From contig JAQXVF010000009.1 in assembly GCA_029224785.1 (NCBI GenBank), positions 10,314 through 74,313 of the forward strand: a stretch of DNA of 64,000 nucleotides, written 5' to 3'. The notes under the pieces are model-generated. The model was not told the DNA's origin. It searched no databases and saw nothing but the letters and a program-made list of their open reading frames with translations. This document shows positions 34,619 to 44,145 of this stretch, piece by piece. Position 1 is the stretch's first letter. Each line of letters opens with the position of its first letter. The stretch comes from Bacillota bacterium (GTDB lineage Bacteria; Bacillota; Clostridia; Oscillospirales; Oscillospiraceae). A program made the position numbers and the translations under genes.

Positions 34619-37600
34619 ACTCAACAGATTTCAGCGCTTCTGCCATGTTGATGTTTTCCAGCCTGGGGAAGAACACCACGTCCACCAGCAGCGCTGTCAG
34701 CATGGTGAAGGCAAAGGAGATCAGAATGGATTTCAGCGTGATCACCGTGCTGAACCAAACCATGTCGATCTTGATCTGGCTCATGACAAAGGACAGTAAG
34801 TATTTTCCGAACAGGGTTCCCATCAATCCTCCCATGGCCGCCAGCGCAAGGTTTTCCTTGAACACATAGGCCGCGGACTCCCAAGAGTTGAAGCCCAGCA
34901 CCTTAATGGTAGCAATCTCCCGGACACGTTCGTTGATGTTGATGTTGGTCAGGTTGTAGAGAACTATGGCGCCCAACGCACCCGCGCAGATCACAACCAC
35001 CCACACCACCATATCCATGGCATCCATCATCTTGTTGACCGTGCCTGCCAGACTGCTGCTGACAAGCACATTGTACACCGATGGATCCTCCGTCAATCTG
35101 GCAGCAATCTCCGTATCGACGACGCCTTCCCGAAGGGTCATATATGCCATCTGGATCTCCGGCTCTGTCCCCTGCTGAGATGCTACCGTCTCCGGATGAA
35201 CGATCAGGTAGTTGTACACATGGTTTTCAAAGATGCCGGAGACCGTCAATTGCAGGGTATTCATATCCGAATCCCGGGTGGAAATGGTATCTCCCACCCG
35301 GATTCCCATGGATTCCGCGGCACCTACGGAAAGAATCGCTTCTCCGCTCTTCGGCATGGATACCTCCTGCCCTTCATACTGAAGGTGAATAAAATTCGTC
35401 AGGTTATCCCCTGCTGTGATGAGGTATATACTCTTGCTGTTCCCCTCATGCTCCATGGTAACGCTTTTCTGGGAGAAAAACATCATGTTTTCCGTAACGG
35501 AACGGTACTCATCCCGGAATTCTTTCTGTGCATCTTCGGTTTGTTCTTCTCCGAAAAAGACCTCCACATCATACGTGGTGATCTCACTGAATTGCAGGTC
35601 CGCAAAGCCCAAAATGGAGTCTGATATTCCGAATCCCGTCATCAGTAGGGCCATACAGCCGCCGATTCCCAGAATCATCATGGCAAGCCGCTGCCGGTAG
35701 CGGAAGATATTCCGGAGCATCACCTTGTTCAGGAAGCTGATATGCTTCCAGAAGGGCAGGTATTCCAGCAGGATCTTTTTGCCGGAAGTAGGTGCCTTGG
35801 GTCGGATCAGCTCCGCAGGAACCTCTCTCAGCTCGCTGCTGCAGCAGTACCATGTGACCGCCAGGCTTACGCCGGTATACACGGTCACCACCGCGATACA
35901 CAAAGGAACATCCAGCTTCATGACCACCCAATCGGAGATATTAAACATGATGCTGTATGCCTTCCACAGCACCTGTGGAAAAATAACGCTGCCTGCCAGC
36001 ACACCTAAGGTACATCCAAAAATGGCCGCGCTGCCGGAATAGAACAGGTATTTCCCCATGATCTCCCAATTCCGGTATCCCATGGCTTTCAGAGTTCCGA
36101 TCTGGGTGCGCTCTTCACTGACCATGCGGGTCATGGTGGTAATGCAGACCAGAGCTGCCACAAGGAGGAAAAACACCGGAAACACTCTGGCAACACCGGA
36201 CACAATATCCGAGTTTTCGTCCAGGGCGATATATCCCGCATTGGTGTCCCTGCCCAGAAGAAACACACTGGGTTCTGCAAAAGAATCCAGATCCTCCCTG
36301 GCCTGCCTCAGCTTTTGCCCGGCATCCTCCAGCTCCTGTCTGGCTTCCGCCATGGCCGCGTCTGCTTCCCGCATTCCGTTATGATACTCGATCCAGCCGT
36401 CATCGATCTCCTGCTGTGCCGAATCCAGCTCAATGAATCCTTTTTCAATGGCCGCTTCCTGCAAATCCAGGTTCTCCATTGACGCATCCAACTTCATTTG
36501 CCCCGCCTGGATCTGAGATTCTGCGGCAGCGAACTGATTATCTGCCTGGGTCTGTCCGTTCTGCAGCTCCAGAAATGCGATATCCAGTTGGTCCATCGCT
36601 GCATCCAGTGTTGATTTGTTTTCCTGCAGCGATGCCTTCTGGGCCTCCAGCTCATCCCTCTGCGCCTCCAGTTGGGATAGGCTGGTTTTTGCCTCATCGA
36701 GCTTTGCCTGGGTCTCTTCCTGTTTCTGCCGGTATTCCTCCTGCGTGGCTTTCAGAGCCTCCAGCCGCGCAGCCATTTCCGCAATGGTCTCCTCATCCGA
36801 AGTACCGTTTTCCTGGACATACTCCAACGCCTTTTCCGCTGCGGCGATGCTGGTGTCCATCACATAGAGCATGGTCTCCATCTGGGACAGGGCTGTCTCT
36901 CCCGCTATGATGGTCATGTTCAACGTGGTAATGTAATTGTTGACGGTAGTAAGTCCGGCATCGATCTTGGTCAAGCCTTCCTCCACCTGACGGCGGCTCT
37001 CCACCACGGTTTTATACTGGGCCAAAAGCTCCGTGTTTGCCGCAGCCAACTGGGCATAGGTATCCGCCTTGGTCTGTGCCAGGGTCGCAGACGAATCCGC
37101 CAGGGCATCCATACTGCTTTGCAGGACTGCTCTGCCGTCTTCAATCTGCTTGCTGCTCTCTTCCAGGAGCCTGCGGTTCTCGTCGATTTCTTCCTGGCCC
37201 CGGATCAGTTTTTCATATGCCTCTCCCAACTGGCCGTAGACTTCAATCTGGGATTCCGCAAACTCCTTCTTGCCGTCTTCGTATTTCTGAACCCCCTCGG
37301 CATAGTCCTTCTCCGCATCCGCCAGCACCTGGTCGGCCCGTTCCTGTGCAACAGGCTTCAGAAGGGGGGCCAGCGCATCGGACAGCCCTTCGATCCGGTC
37401 CTCGTAAGCATCGGAATAGCTGATCCGCTGGCCGGAGGTGGTGATGTCGATCTCTGTATAGTAGTCCATGGAGAACGCTTCCTCCGGAAGATAGAGGAAG
37501 CCGGAGACCTGACCGCTGCCCAGAGAGGTATTGCCCCGCTCCATGTTCATGAAGATGGGTGAACTGACATATCCCACCACCGTAAAGCTGCGCTGATTCA

Positions 37601-38093
37601 GGCTGTCTAACACCGAATCCGGGTTTCCCTCTGACAGAGTGATGGTTTTTCCCAGCATTTTCTTTCCGGAGTGGTATCCGTCTGCCAGACATTCATCTGG
37701 ACTTTGCGGCAGTCTTCCCCCCTGCAGACGGATCCGGTTCACATCCTTGGGTATGTTGTACAGCTTGTATACCGACTCATTGTCGGAGCCGTCTACATCA
37801 ACGATGGCATCCAGAGTCTTGACTCCCTCAGCCTGCGCAACCCCTTCCATTTGAGAAATCTGCGCCAGACTATCCTCCGACCAGCCATAGGAGGACAGCA
37901 GGCGGAGGTCAAACATATTCAGTTCGTCCATATATTGCTGCCCCGTGGCAATCATGTCGGTTTTGGTCATACGCAGACCCACAAACATGGCCGCACCCAA
38001 CGCAATGATGGATACAATGGCAATATACCGGCCAAGGGAGGACCGTATGGACTTCCACAGGTTCTTGACCATGATGTTTGCGTTTTTCACCAT
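34617..38093 (-). CDS. ABC transporter permease, FtsX/MacB-like, two FtsX modules, with a very long coiled-coil extracellular insertion
   Basis: 1158 aa. ATG 38093 overlaps the ATPase stop (ATGGTGA). N-terminal TM IAIVSIIALGAAMFVGL. About 350 aa are rich in Q/E/A/L heptad-like sequence. FtsX motifs EERTQIGTLKAMGY and ERVREIATIKVLGF. Confidence 0.85.
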   Translation of the reverse strand: MVKNANIMVKNLWKSIRSSLGRYIAIVSIIALGAAMFVGLRMTKTDMIATGQQYMDELNMFDLRLLSSYGWSEDSLAQISQMEGVAQAEGVKTLDAIVDVDGSDNESVYKLYNIPKDVNRIRLQGGRLPQSPDECLADGYHSGKKMLGKTITLSEGNPDSVLDSLNQRSFTVVGYVSSPIFMNMERGNTSLGSGQVSGFLYLPEEAFSMDYYTEIDITTSGQRISYSDAYEDRIEGLSDALAPLLKPVAQERADQVLADAEKDYAEGVQKYEDGKKEFAESQIEVYGQLGEAYEKLIRGQEEIDENRRLLEESSKQIEDGRAVLQSSMDALADSSATLAQTKADTYAQLAAANTELLAQYKTVVESRRQVEEGLTKIDAGLTTVNNYITTLNMTIIAGETALSQMETMLYVMDTSIAAAEKALEYVQENGTSDEETIAEMAARLEALKATQEEYRQKQEETQAKLDEAKTSLSQLEAQRDELEAQKASLQENKSTLDAAMDQLDIAFLELQNGQTQADNQFAAAESQIQAGQMKLDASMENLDLQEAAIEKGFIELDSAQQEIDDGWIEYHNGMREADAAMAEARQELEDAGQKLRQAREDLDSFAEPSVFLLGRDTNAGYIALDENSDIVSGVARVFPVFFLLVAALVCITTMTRMVSEERTQIGTLKAMGYRNWEIMGKYLFYSGSAAIFGCTLGVLAGSVIFPQVLWKAYSIMFNISDWVVMKLDVPLCIAVVTVYTGVSLAVTWYCCSSELREVPAELIRPKAPTSGKKILLEYLPFWKHISFLNKVMLRNIFRYRQRLAMMILGIGGCMALLMTGFGISDSILGFADLQFSEITTYDVEVFFGEEQTEDAQKEFRDEYRSVTENMMFFSQKSVTMEHEGNSKSIYLITAGDNLTNFIHLQYEGQEVSMPKSGEAILSVGAAESMGIRVGDTISTRDSDMNTLQLTVSGIFENHVYNYLIVHPETVASQQGTEPEIQMAYMTLREGVVDTEIAARLTEDPSVYNVLVSSSLAGTVNKMMDAMDMVVWVVVICAGALGAIVLYNLTNININERVREIATIKVLGFNSWESAAYVFKENLALAAMGGLMGTLFGKYLLSFVMSQIKIDMVWFSTVITLKSILISFAFTMLTALLVDVVFFPRLENINMAEALKSVE

Positions 38094-38788
38094 TCTATCT
38101 CCGATACATTCTGAGGGTTCTCATTGATACTTACAGAGTCCACCGTTCCGTTTTTGACGCGTACAACCCGGTCCGCCATGCCGGTCAGGGCAGCATTATG
38201 GGTAATGATGATCACCGTCATGCCGGTCTTTCTTCCGGTATCCTGCAAAAGCTTTAAAATCGCCTTGCCGGTCTGATAATCCAGGGCACCGGTAGGCTCA
38301 TCGCACAGAAGCAGCTTGGGATTCTTTGCCAGTGCTCTGGCGATGGCAACACGCTGCTGCTCACCGCCGGAAAGCTGGCTGGGGAAGTTGTTCATCCGCT
38401 GCTCCAAACCTACATCCCGCAGCACCTGAGCGGCATCCAGGGGATCCTGACAGATCTGGTTGGCAAGCTGAACATTTTCCAATGCGGTCAGGTTGCCGAT
38501 CAGATTGTAAAACTGGAACACGAAGCCCACATTCAGCCGGCGGTACTGCGTAAGCTGGCGCCGGTTGAGAGAGGAGATCTCCTTTCCATCCAGCGTCACT
38601 TTTCCTTCCGTCAGGGTATCCATCCCACCCAGAATGTTCAGAAGTGTGGTTTTACCGGCTCCGGACGGGCCGACAATGACCACAAGTTCTCCTTTTTCCA
38701 CTTCAAAGCTGGCATTGTGGAGCGCATTGATGGATACTTCCCCCATCTGATAGGTCTTTCCCACATTCTCCAGGGATATGTATGCCAT
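38087..38788 (-). CDS. ABC transporter ATP-binding protein (MacB/LolD-type)
   Basis: Start [13 protein letters not shown] at 38788, 8 nt after AGGAG. Motifs [36 protein letters not shown]. Confidence 0.9.
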   Translation of the reverse strand: MAYISLENVGKTYQMGEVSINALHNASFEVEKGELVVIVGPSGAGKTTLLNILGGMDTLTEGKVTLDGKEISSLNRRQLTQYRRLNVGFVFQFYNLIGNLTALENVQLANQICQDPLDAAQVLRDVGLEQRMNNFPSQLSGGEQQRVAIARALAKNPKLLLCDEPTGALDYQTGKAILKLLQDTGRKTGMTVIIITHNAALTGMADRVVRVKNGTVDSVSINENPQNVSEIEW

Positions 38789-38793
38789 CTTTC

Positions 38794-39210
38794 TCACTCC
38801 TCATTTTGTGTTTTTCTGCGAAATACCAGAAGCTTGCTGGAAACATAATTGAGAACGATCACCAGAACGCTGATGATCAATTTGAAGAGATTCCCGTCTA
38901 CCTTCAGGCAGTCTACCAGAAGAAACAGAAGCCCGGTTTCAATGGCACCGGAGCCGATTCTGCATCCGACAAATTTCCCCAGTTCGGGGATCACCGTCCC
39001 TGCAGACCAGTCATAGCTGTGAAAAACGAAGGGTTTATTCGTCAGAAACGCCACGGCGACGGCCACCACCCAGGCGATCAGATTGCTGACCGTCGCAGAA
39101 AAATGCAGAAGATTGTAGCAGGGATAGTACACCGCAAAATTCACAACCGTAGTCAGGCCGCCGAATACAACATACAGGATCAGATCCTTGTATTTTTTCA
39201 GGAATATCAT
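38794..39210 (-). CDS. GtrA family membrane protein
   Basis: 138 aa, 4 TM. YVVFGGLTTVVNFAVY...NKPFVF...LNYVSSKLLVF is the GtrA-like pattern. Confidence 0.8.
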   Translation of the reverse strand: MIFLKKYKDLILYVVFGGLTTVVNFAVYYPCYNLLHFSATVSNLIAWVVAVAVAFLTNKPFVFHSYDWSAGTVIPELGKFVGCRIGSGAIETGLLFLLVDCLKVDGNLFKLIISVLVIVLNYVSSKLLVFRRKTQNEE

Positions 39211-39281
39211 TCTTTTTTCACCGGTTTTCCTTTGATTTATAATTGGACATTATACCACATCCCCACGGTTTTGGAAACAGC

Positions 39282-39335
39282 AAAAATGCACATTTCACAG
39301 AATCTTTTCATTTGACTCCGGAAATGTGCATTTTT
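39282..39335 (-). terminator. long hairpin downstream of the LUD-domain gene (terminator candidate)
   Basis: 15-bp perfect inverted repeat aaaaatgcacatttc (39282-96) / gaaatgtgcattttt (39321-35) with a 24-nt loop. Flanking A/T runs. Confidence 0.4.
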
Positions 39336-39338
39336 CAT

Positions 39339-39977
39339 TTAGAATCCAAGATCCTCGCCGATCAGAACAAAGCGAATCCGGCCTGCCGGCCTGCAGTTGC
39401 GGGTGATGACGGTGTGGCTGCAGATGCAGTCATCGGACCGGCAATCCGCGCAGGCCCCTGTGGAAGCGCAGGGCGTGTTTCTGTTGAGCCGGATGGCATT
39501 GATGGGTGCCGCCACATTTCTGGCGCGGTCAATGGCCTGTTCAAGGGTGGGCGCAACCTTATTCATTCCCGCCACAATCAGCACATTTTTCGGGCCGTAG
39601 ATCAGGGCAGCCACCCGGTTTCCGGCACCGTCAATGTTTACCATCTGCCCGTCCATGGATATACCGTTGGCACTCATAAGAAAGTAGTCTGCGAAAAGGC
39701 ATTCCTTCTGGATCTGTGCCTTTTCTTCCGCCGTAGCAGCGGATTCCCGGTCCAGCAGACGGTAATTGGCCTTGCGCAGGGCATCCAAAAGACCGATCTC
39801 GTTTGCCGTGGTCACACCGCCCCATCCAATGGATGCACCCTCCGGAATCATCTCCAGGATCTTTTGCACCGCATCTTCCCCGGTGGGACAGTAGCAGGCA
39901 TCAAAGTGCCTTGCCTGAAGCTTTTTGATCAGAATTTCTGCCTTTTTCTCATAGAATTTTTCTTTTGCTGTTGCCAT
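39339..39977 (-). CDS. LUD domain-containing (lactate utilization LutC/YkgG-like, DUF162) protein
   Basis: 212 aa. ...SIGWGGVTTANEIGLLDAL...LMSANGISMDGQMVNIDGAGNRVAALIYGP...VAGMNKV pattern, plus a Cys-rich C-terminus. Confidence 0.7.
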   Translation of the reverse strand: MATAKEKFYEKKAEILIKKLQARHFDACYCPTGEDAVQKILEMIPEGASIGWGGVTTANEIGLLDALRKANYRLLDRESAATAEEKAQIQKECLFADYFLMSANGISMDGQMVNIDGAGNRVAALIYGPKNVLIVAGMNKVAPTLEQAIDRARNVAAPINAIRLNRNTPCASTGACADCRSDDCICSHTVITRNCRPAGRIRFVLIGEDLGF

Positions 39978-40014
39978 TGTGATCCCTCCTTTCTATTATT
40001 TTAGCGTGATCGGT

Positions 40015-40051
40015 GAAAAAAGTAAAGGGCATCCTTTGCAGAATGCCCTTT
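40015..40051 (-). terminator. Rho-independent terminator of the aminotransferase gene
   Basis: Minus strand: aaagggcat / atgcccttt (9 bp), 10-nt loop, then acTTTTTT. Confidence 0.65.
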
Positions 40052-40068
40052 TGGATAAACGCATCTGG

Positions 40069-41355
40069 TTATTTCCCCAGGAGTTTTTCCAGTGCGGCAA
40101 GCTTCAGGCAGGTGCAGAACACGTTCATAGCCTGCTGCAGTTCCTCCACCGGAGGGTAGCTGGGTGCAATCCGGATATTGCTGTCGTCCGGATCAATTCC
40201 ATAGGGATAGGAGGCGCCGGCAGACGTCATGGTCAGTCCAACCTGGCTGCAAAGCTCCAGCGCCCGTTTGGCAGTACCCGGCATGGTAAACAGGCTGACA
40301 AAATACCCGCCGGTGGGCTTGTTCCATCGGGCAAAGCCCAAAGGAGCAATCTCGGAGGAGAGCGCCTCCTCCACAACGCGGAACTTGGGAGCCATCACCG
40401 TCGCATGACGCTTCATAATCTCCAGGGTGTGTTCCCTGTCCTTCAGGAAGAGTACATGGGCATACTGGTTAACCTTGTTGTAGGAGATCATCTGCACCGA
40501 CATCAGTTTCGTCATATATTTCAGATTCTCTTCCGAGCAGGCAAACACGGAGATTCCGCTGCCGGGAAAGGTAATCTTACTGGTAGAGGCAAATTCGAAC
40601 ACCATGTCGGGCCTTCCTGCCTCCCTGCAAGCGGAGAGAATATCCGGAAAAGGAAGAAACTCGCCGGTAAACTCATGGACACAGTAGGCATTGTCCCACA
40701 TGATCACAAAGTCGGGGGCAGCCGGATTCAGATGGGCAAACCGTTCCACGGTCTGCGCGGAATAGACGATACCGTCCGGATTGGAGAACTTGGGAACACA
40801 CCAGATACCTTTGACCGCAGGATCCTGCACATACGCCTCCACCAGATCCATATCCGGGCCGGATTCGGTCATGGGAATGGTGATCAGCTCGGCACCGAAG
40901 GACTCGGTGATCCGGAAGTGACGGTCATATCCGGGACTGGGGCAGAGAAATCGGATCTTCTCCTCTTTGCTCCAGGGACGGGGGCTGCGCAGAAGGCCGT
41001 GGGTATACGCCTTGGAGATCACATCATACATCAAAGTCAGGCTGGATGCACCGCCAATGAAGGTCTCCTCCGGCTTACAGCCCAGAATATCCGCCCACAG
41101 ACGCTTGGCAGAGGGCAGACCGGACAGATCACCGTAGTTTCTGCAATCCACGCCGTCACAAGAGAAATCGGAATCGGAATGGAGCAGATCAAAAAAGTCC
41201 GAAATCAGATCCAACTGTTCCCGGGAGGGCTTTCCTCTGGCAATATTCAGATTCATCTTCTGATCTTCAAAGGCCCGATACTGGCGGAGAATTCGGTTGT
41301 ATTCTGTTTCCTGCTGATCCCTTGTCATGCAAGAATAGGCAGTCACATCCATCAT
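40069..41355 (-). CDS. class I/II-fold PLP-dependent aminotransferase (substrate unknown)
   Basis: 428 aa. ...NIARGKPSREQLDL..., WCVPKFSNPDG, MWDNAYCVHEF, EFASTSKITFPGSGIS (the Lys in SKIT is the probable PLP lysine). Confidence 0.8.
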   Translation of the reverse strand: MMDVTAYSCMTRDQQETEYNRILRQYRAFEDQKMNLNIARGKPSREQLDLISDFFDLLHSDSDFSCDGVDCRNYGDLSGLPSAKRLWADILGCKPEETFIGGASSLTLMYDVISKAYTHGLLRSPRPWSKEEKIRFLCPSPGYDRHFRITESFGAELITIPMTESGPDMDLVEAYVQDPAVKGIWCVPKFSNPDGIVYSAQTVERFAHLNPAAPDFVIMWDNAYCVHEFTGEFLPFPDILSACREAGRPDMVFEFASTSKITFPGSGISVFACSEENLKYMTKLMSVQMISYNKVNQYAHVLFLKDREHTLEIMKRHATVMAPKFRVVEEALSSEIAPLGFARWNKPTGGYFVSLFTMPGTAKRALELCSQVGLTMTSAGASYPYGIDPDDSNIRIAPSYPPVEELQQAMNVFCTCLKLAALEKLLGK

Positions 41356-41387
41356 CCTTTCAGGAATATTCCATGTTTTTCCCGGCT

Positions 41388-41416
41388 ATTATACTAAATC
41401 TGTTCCGTTTTTGCAA
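41388..41416 (-). promoter_or_regulatory. sigmaA-type promoter candidate for the aminotransferase gene
   Basis: Minus strand: TTGCAA (41416-11), 17 nt spacer, TATAAT (41393-88). Confidence 0.55.
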
Positions 41417-41600
41417 TATGCTTCAAGTAAAAATTCATTTTGCTGGTTTGAAACCACATTTTTTGTTAGCTTGCACAAACATTCTGTCTCTATTCCATCT
41501 GCGTTGTGAAGTTTCACTCTATCCGCTATTCTGTTTTGCAGGAAAACTTCCATTTCTGCCCTGGAAAGCGGAAAAAAGCCCCGCAGAGCCCCTGCACCGC

Positions 41601-41629
41601 TTGATTTCAAAGGAAAGATATGATACTAT
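41601..41629 (+). promoter_or_regulatory. sigmaA-type promoter candidate for the second ATP-grasp gene
   Basis: TTGATT (41601-06), 17 nt spacer, TACTAT (41624-29), with TG at 41621-22. Confidence 0.45.
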
Positions 41630-41688
41630 TATCCCGTCATTTCGGCACATCTCCCATGTGCCCTCGTTTGAAGAAAAGAGAACACTCC

Positions 41689-42711
41689 ATGAAACACAAT
41701 ACTTATTTCCTGAAAATCATCAAGGGATTCCGGTGGAAGCGTTTTTGGAATGTGCTGGACCGGATTTCCAAGGCCTCCGGAAAGAACAAGGTCTTTCTGA
41801 TCTTTGATATCCTCAACTGTGCCATCCGGTACGGCGCAGGATACCACGACTATCTGATCTTTGCCTTTTACAACATGAATGCGCACCAGCGGGATACTTA
41901 TATGACCCGCTTGCGGAACAAAAAACTCATCGCCCTGATGAATGACCCGGCCTACACCGAAGTATTCGGCAGTAAGAGTCTGTTTGACCAGCGATTCCGC
42001 GAATACCTCCATCGGGATTTTCTGGATCTTTCCAAAGCGGATCCGGATTCCTTCGCCCACTTTATGGCAGACAAGGACGTGATCTTCGCCAAACCCAACG
42101 TGGGAGAAAGCGGAAAAGGAATCCAGAAACTCTCAAAGGCTGACTTTGCATCCGTGGAGGAGCTGTACCGCTATGTGACGGCGCCGGAAAACAACTTCGG
42201 TGTCATCGAACAGCTTCTGACCCAGCATCCGGACGTGTCTGCCGTATATCCCCTGGCCATCAATTCCTTCCGTATCGTGACCATCGTCCCCGATGGGGTC
42301 CCCCGCTGCGTCTACGCCGTGGCCAAATTCGGAAACGAAGGAAAATTCGTGGACAATATGGAAAACAGCGGACTGTGCTGCCCCATAGACCAGGAAACCG
42401 GCAGGATCATGGGCTGCGCCCACACCTCCGCCCTGATTTGCTATGACGAGCATCCCTATACCGGGGTCAAACTGATGGGATACCAGCTTCCCTTTGTGAA
42501 AGAAGCTGTGGAGCTTGCCAAAAAGGCCGCTCTGGAGGTTCCCCAGGTCCGGTATGTGGGCTGGGACGTGTGCATTACACCGGACGGCCCCGCAATCATC
42601 GAAGGAAATGTCTACCCCGGATACGATTTCTGGCAGCTTCCCGAGCATACGCCGGACAAGATCGGTCTTTATCCCTACTACTGCGGCCTGGTGCCGGAAC
42701 TGAAACGATGA
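41689..42711 (+). CDS. ATP-grasp domain protein (sugar-transfer-associated ATP-grasp family), paralog of 5077..6081
   Basis: ORF 41620..42711. Start is probably MKHNTYFLK at 41689. Shares with the first copy: C.IRYGAG..DY.IFAFY, R..Y.TR, KPNVGESGKGI, NSFRIVT, DNMENSGL, YVGWDV, EGNVYPGYDFWQLP. Confidence 0.7.
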   Translation: MKHNTYFLKIIKGFRWKRFWNVLDRISKASGKNKVFLIFDILNCAIRYGAGYHDYLIFAFYNMNAHQRDTYMTRLRNKKLIALMNDPAYTEVFGSKSLFDQRFREYLHRDFLDLSKADPDSFAHFMADKDVIFAKPNVGESGKGIQKLSKADFASVEELYRYVTAPENNFGVIEQLLTQHPDVSAVYPLAINSFRIVTIVPDGVPRCVYAVAKFGNEGKFVDNMENSGLCCPIDQETGRIMGCAHTSALICYDEHPYTGVKLMGYQLPFVKEAVELAKKAALEVPQVRYVGWDVCITPDGPAIIEGNVYPGYDFWQLPEHTPDKIGLYPYYCGLVPELKR

Positions 42712-42766
42712 CTGCCCCAGGTCCTCTCCCCTTTCCCCTCCCTGCGGCATCTTTTCCGTAAAGTGC

Positions 42767-42795
42767 TTGATTTGTTTCTCCGTTTGTGATATAGT
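42767..42795 (+). promoter_or_regulatory. sigmaA-type promoter candidate for the diaminobutyrate aminotransferase gene
   Basis: TTGATT (42767-72), 17 nt spacer, TATAGT (42790-95), with TG at 42787-88. Confidence 0.5.
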
Positions 42796-42833
42796 AACCC
42801 TGTTTTTAGAAAAAACAGAAGGGAGTCCTGACT

Positions 42834-44081
42834 TTGGATACTACCGTATTTGAGAATTATGAATCCAATGTTCGTTCTTACTGTCGTAATTTCCCCGCCG
42901 TTTTCACCACTGCCAAAGGCGCTGTGATGACGGACGAAAACGGGAAAGAATACATTGACTTTTTTGCAGGTGCCGGCGCTCTGAACACCGGACACAATCC
43001 CGACTACATTGTGGAGAAGATGATCGATTACCTCCGCAGCAGCGGCATCGTCCACTCCATGGATATGTACACCGTACCCAAGCGTGACTTCATTTCCTAT
43101 TTTGAAGAGAAGATCCTTCTGCCCCGGGGGCTGAACTACAAGATCCAGTTCGCTGGTCCCACCGGAACCAACGCCGTCGAGGCAGCGCTGAAGCTGGCCC
43201 GGCTGGTAAAAAAACGTCAGAATGTCTTTGCCATGATGGGCGCTTTCCATGGCATGACCTACGGTTCCCTGTCCCTGACCACCGACCGGGACTCCCGGGA
43301 AGGCGCAGGCCAGACCTTCCACAATGTGACCCACATTCCCACGCCCTATATGTTCCCGGAGATGGACACCATCGCCTACATGGAAAGAATGCTGACCGAT
43401 GACCATTCCGGCATCGAGAAGCCTGCGGCCGTCGTTCTGGAGACCGTGCAGGCAGACGGCGGCATCTACCCCTTTGATGCGGAATGGCTGCGCAGGCTCC
43501 GTGATCTGTGCGACCGTCATGACATTTTGATGGTTGTGGACGATATCCAGGTGGGCATCGGACGTACCGGTAACTTCTTCTCTTTTGAAAGAGCCGGCAT
43601 TGTACCCGACATCGTCACTGTATCCAAGTCCATCGGCGGCGGAATGCCCCTTGCCCTTGTGCTCATGAAGCCCGAGCTGGATATCTGGACTCCCGGACAG
43701 CACAACGGAACCTTCCGCGGCAACCAGCTTTCTCTGGTGGCCGGAAAAGCCGGACTGGAAATGATGATCAACGAGAACATTCTGGAAGGCGTCCGCCGGA
43801 AGGAAAAGATTGTAGAAGATTTCCTGAAAAAGGAGATCTGTCCCCTGGACAGCCGGATTGCAGTCCGTGGAATCGGCCTGATCTGGGGCGTGGACTTTGA
43901 CGCCTTTGACAGGGATATGACAAAGCCGCTGATCGCCGCATGCTTCAAAAACGGCCTCATCGCCGAGCGTGTCGGCCGCGGCAACCGGGTCCTGAAGCTG
44001 ATGCCGCCTCTGAATATCGAGGATTCGCTGCTGATCAAGGGTCTGGAAATTCTGAAAAAATCTTTGATGGAGATCCTGTAA
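42834..44081 (+). CDS. diaminobutyrate--2-oxoglutarate transaminase-like class III aminotransferase (EctB/Dat-like)
   Basis: TTG start 7 nt after AAGGGAG. N-terminus FENYESNVRSYCRNFPAVF...G...DENGKEYIDFFAGAGALN.GHN and DDIQVGIGRTGNFFSFE...PDIVTVSKSIGGG are characteristic of DABA aminotransferases. Confidence 0.75.
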   Translation: MDTTVFENYESNVRSYCRNFPAVFTTAKGAVMTDENGKEYIDFFAGAGALNTGHNPDYIVEKMIDYLRSSGIVHSMDMYTVPKRDFISYFEEKILLPRGLNYKIQFAGPTGTNAVEAALKLARLVKKRQNVFAMMGAFHGMTYGSLSLTTDRDSREGAGQTFHNVTHIPTPYMFPEMDTIAYMERMLTDDHSGIEKPAAVVLETVQADGGIYPFDAEWLRRLRDLCDRHDILMVVDDIQVGIGRTGNFFSFERAGIVPDIVTVSKSIGGGMPLALVLMKPELDIWTPGQHNGTFRGNQLSLVAGKAGLEMMINENILEGVRRKEKIVEDFLKKEICPLDSRIAVRGIGLIWGVDFDAFDRDMTKPLIAACFKNGLIAERVGRGNRVLKLMPPLNIEDSLLIKGLEILKKSLMEIL

Positions 44082-44145
44082 GATTCCGAAATAAAGCAGC
44101 TTGTCGGACCCGGCAGGCTGCTTTTGATTGAAAGGAGGAAGGGAT

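Noticed and set aside
41389-41610. 73-aa minus-strand ORF (MKSSGAGALRGFF...) in the long intergenic region
   Set aside because: It has a TTG start without an RBS. It runs through the -35/-10 elements predicted for the aminotransferase gene. It has no recognisable motif. It is mentioned only as part of the unexplained spacer.
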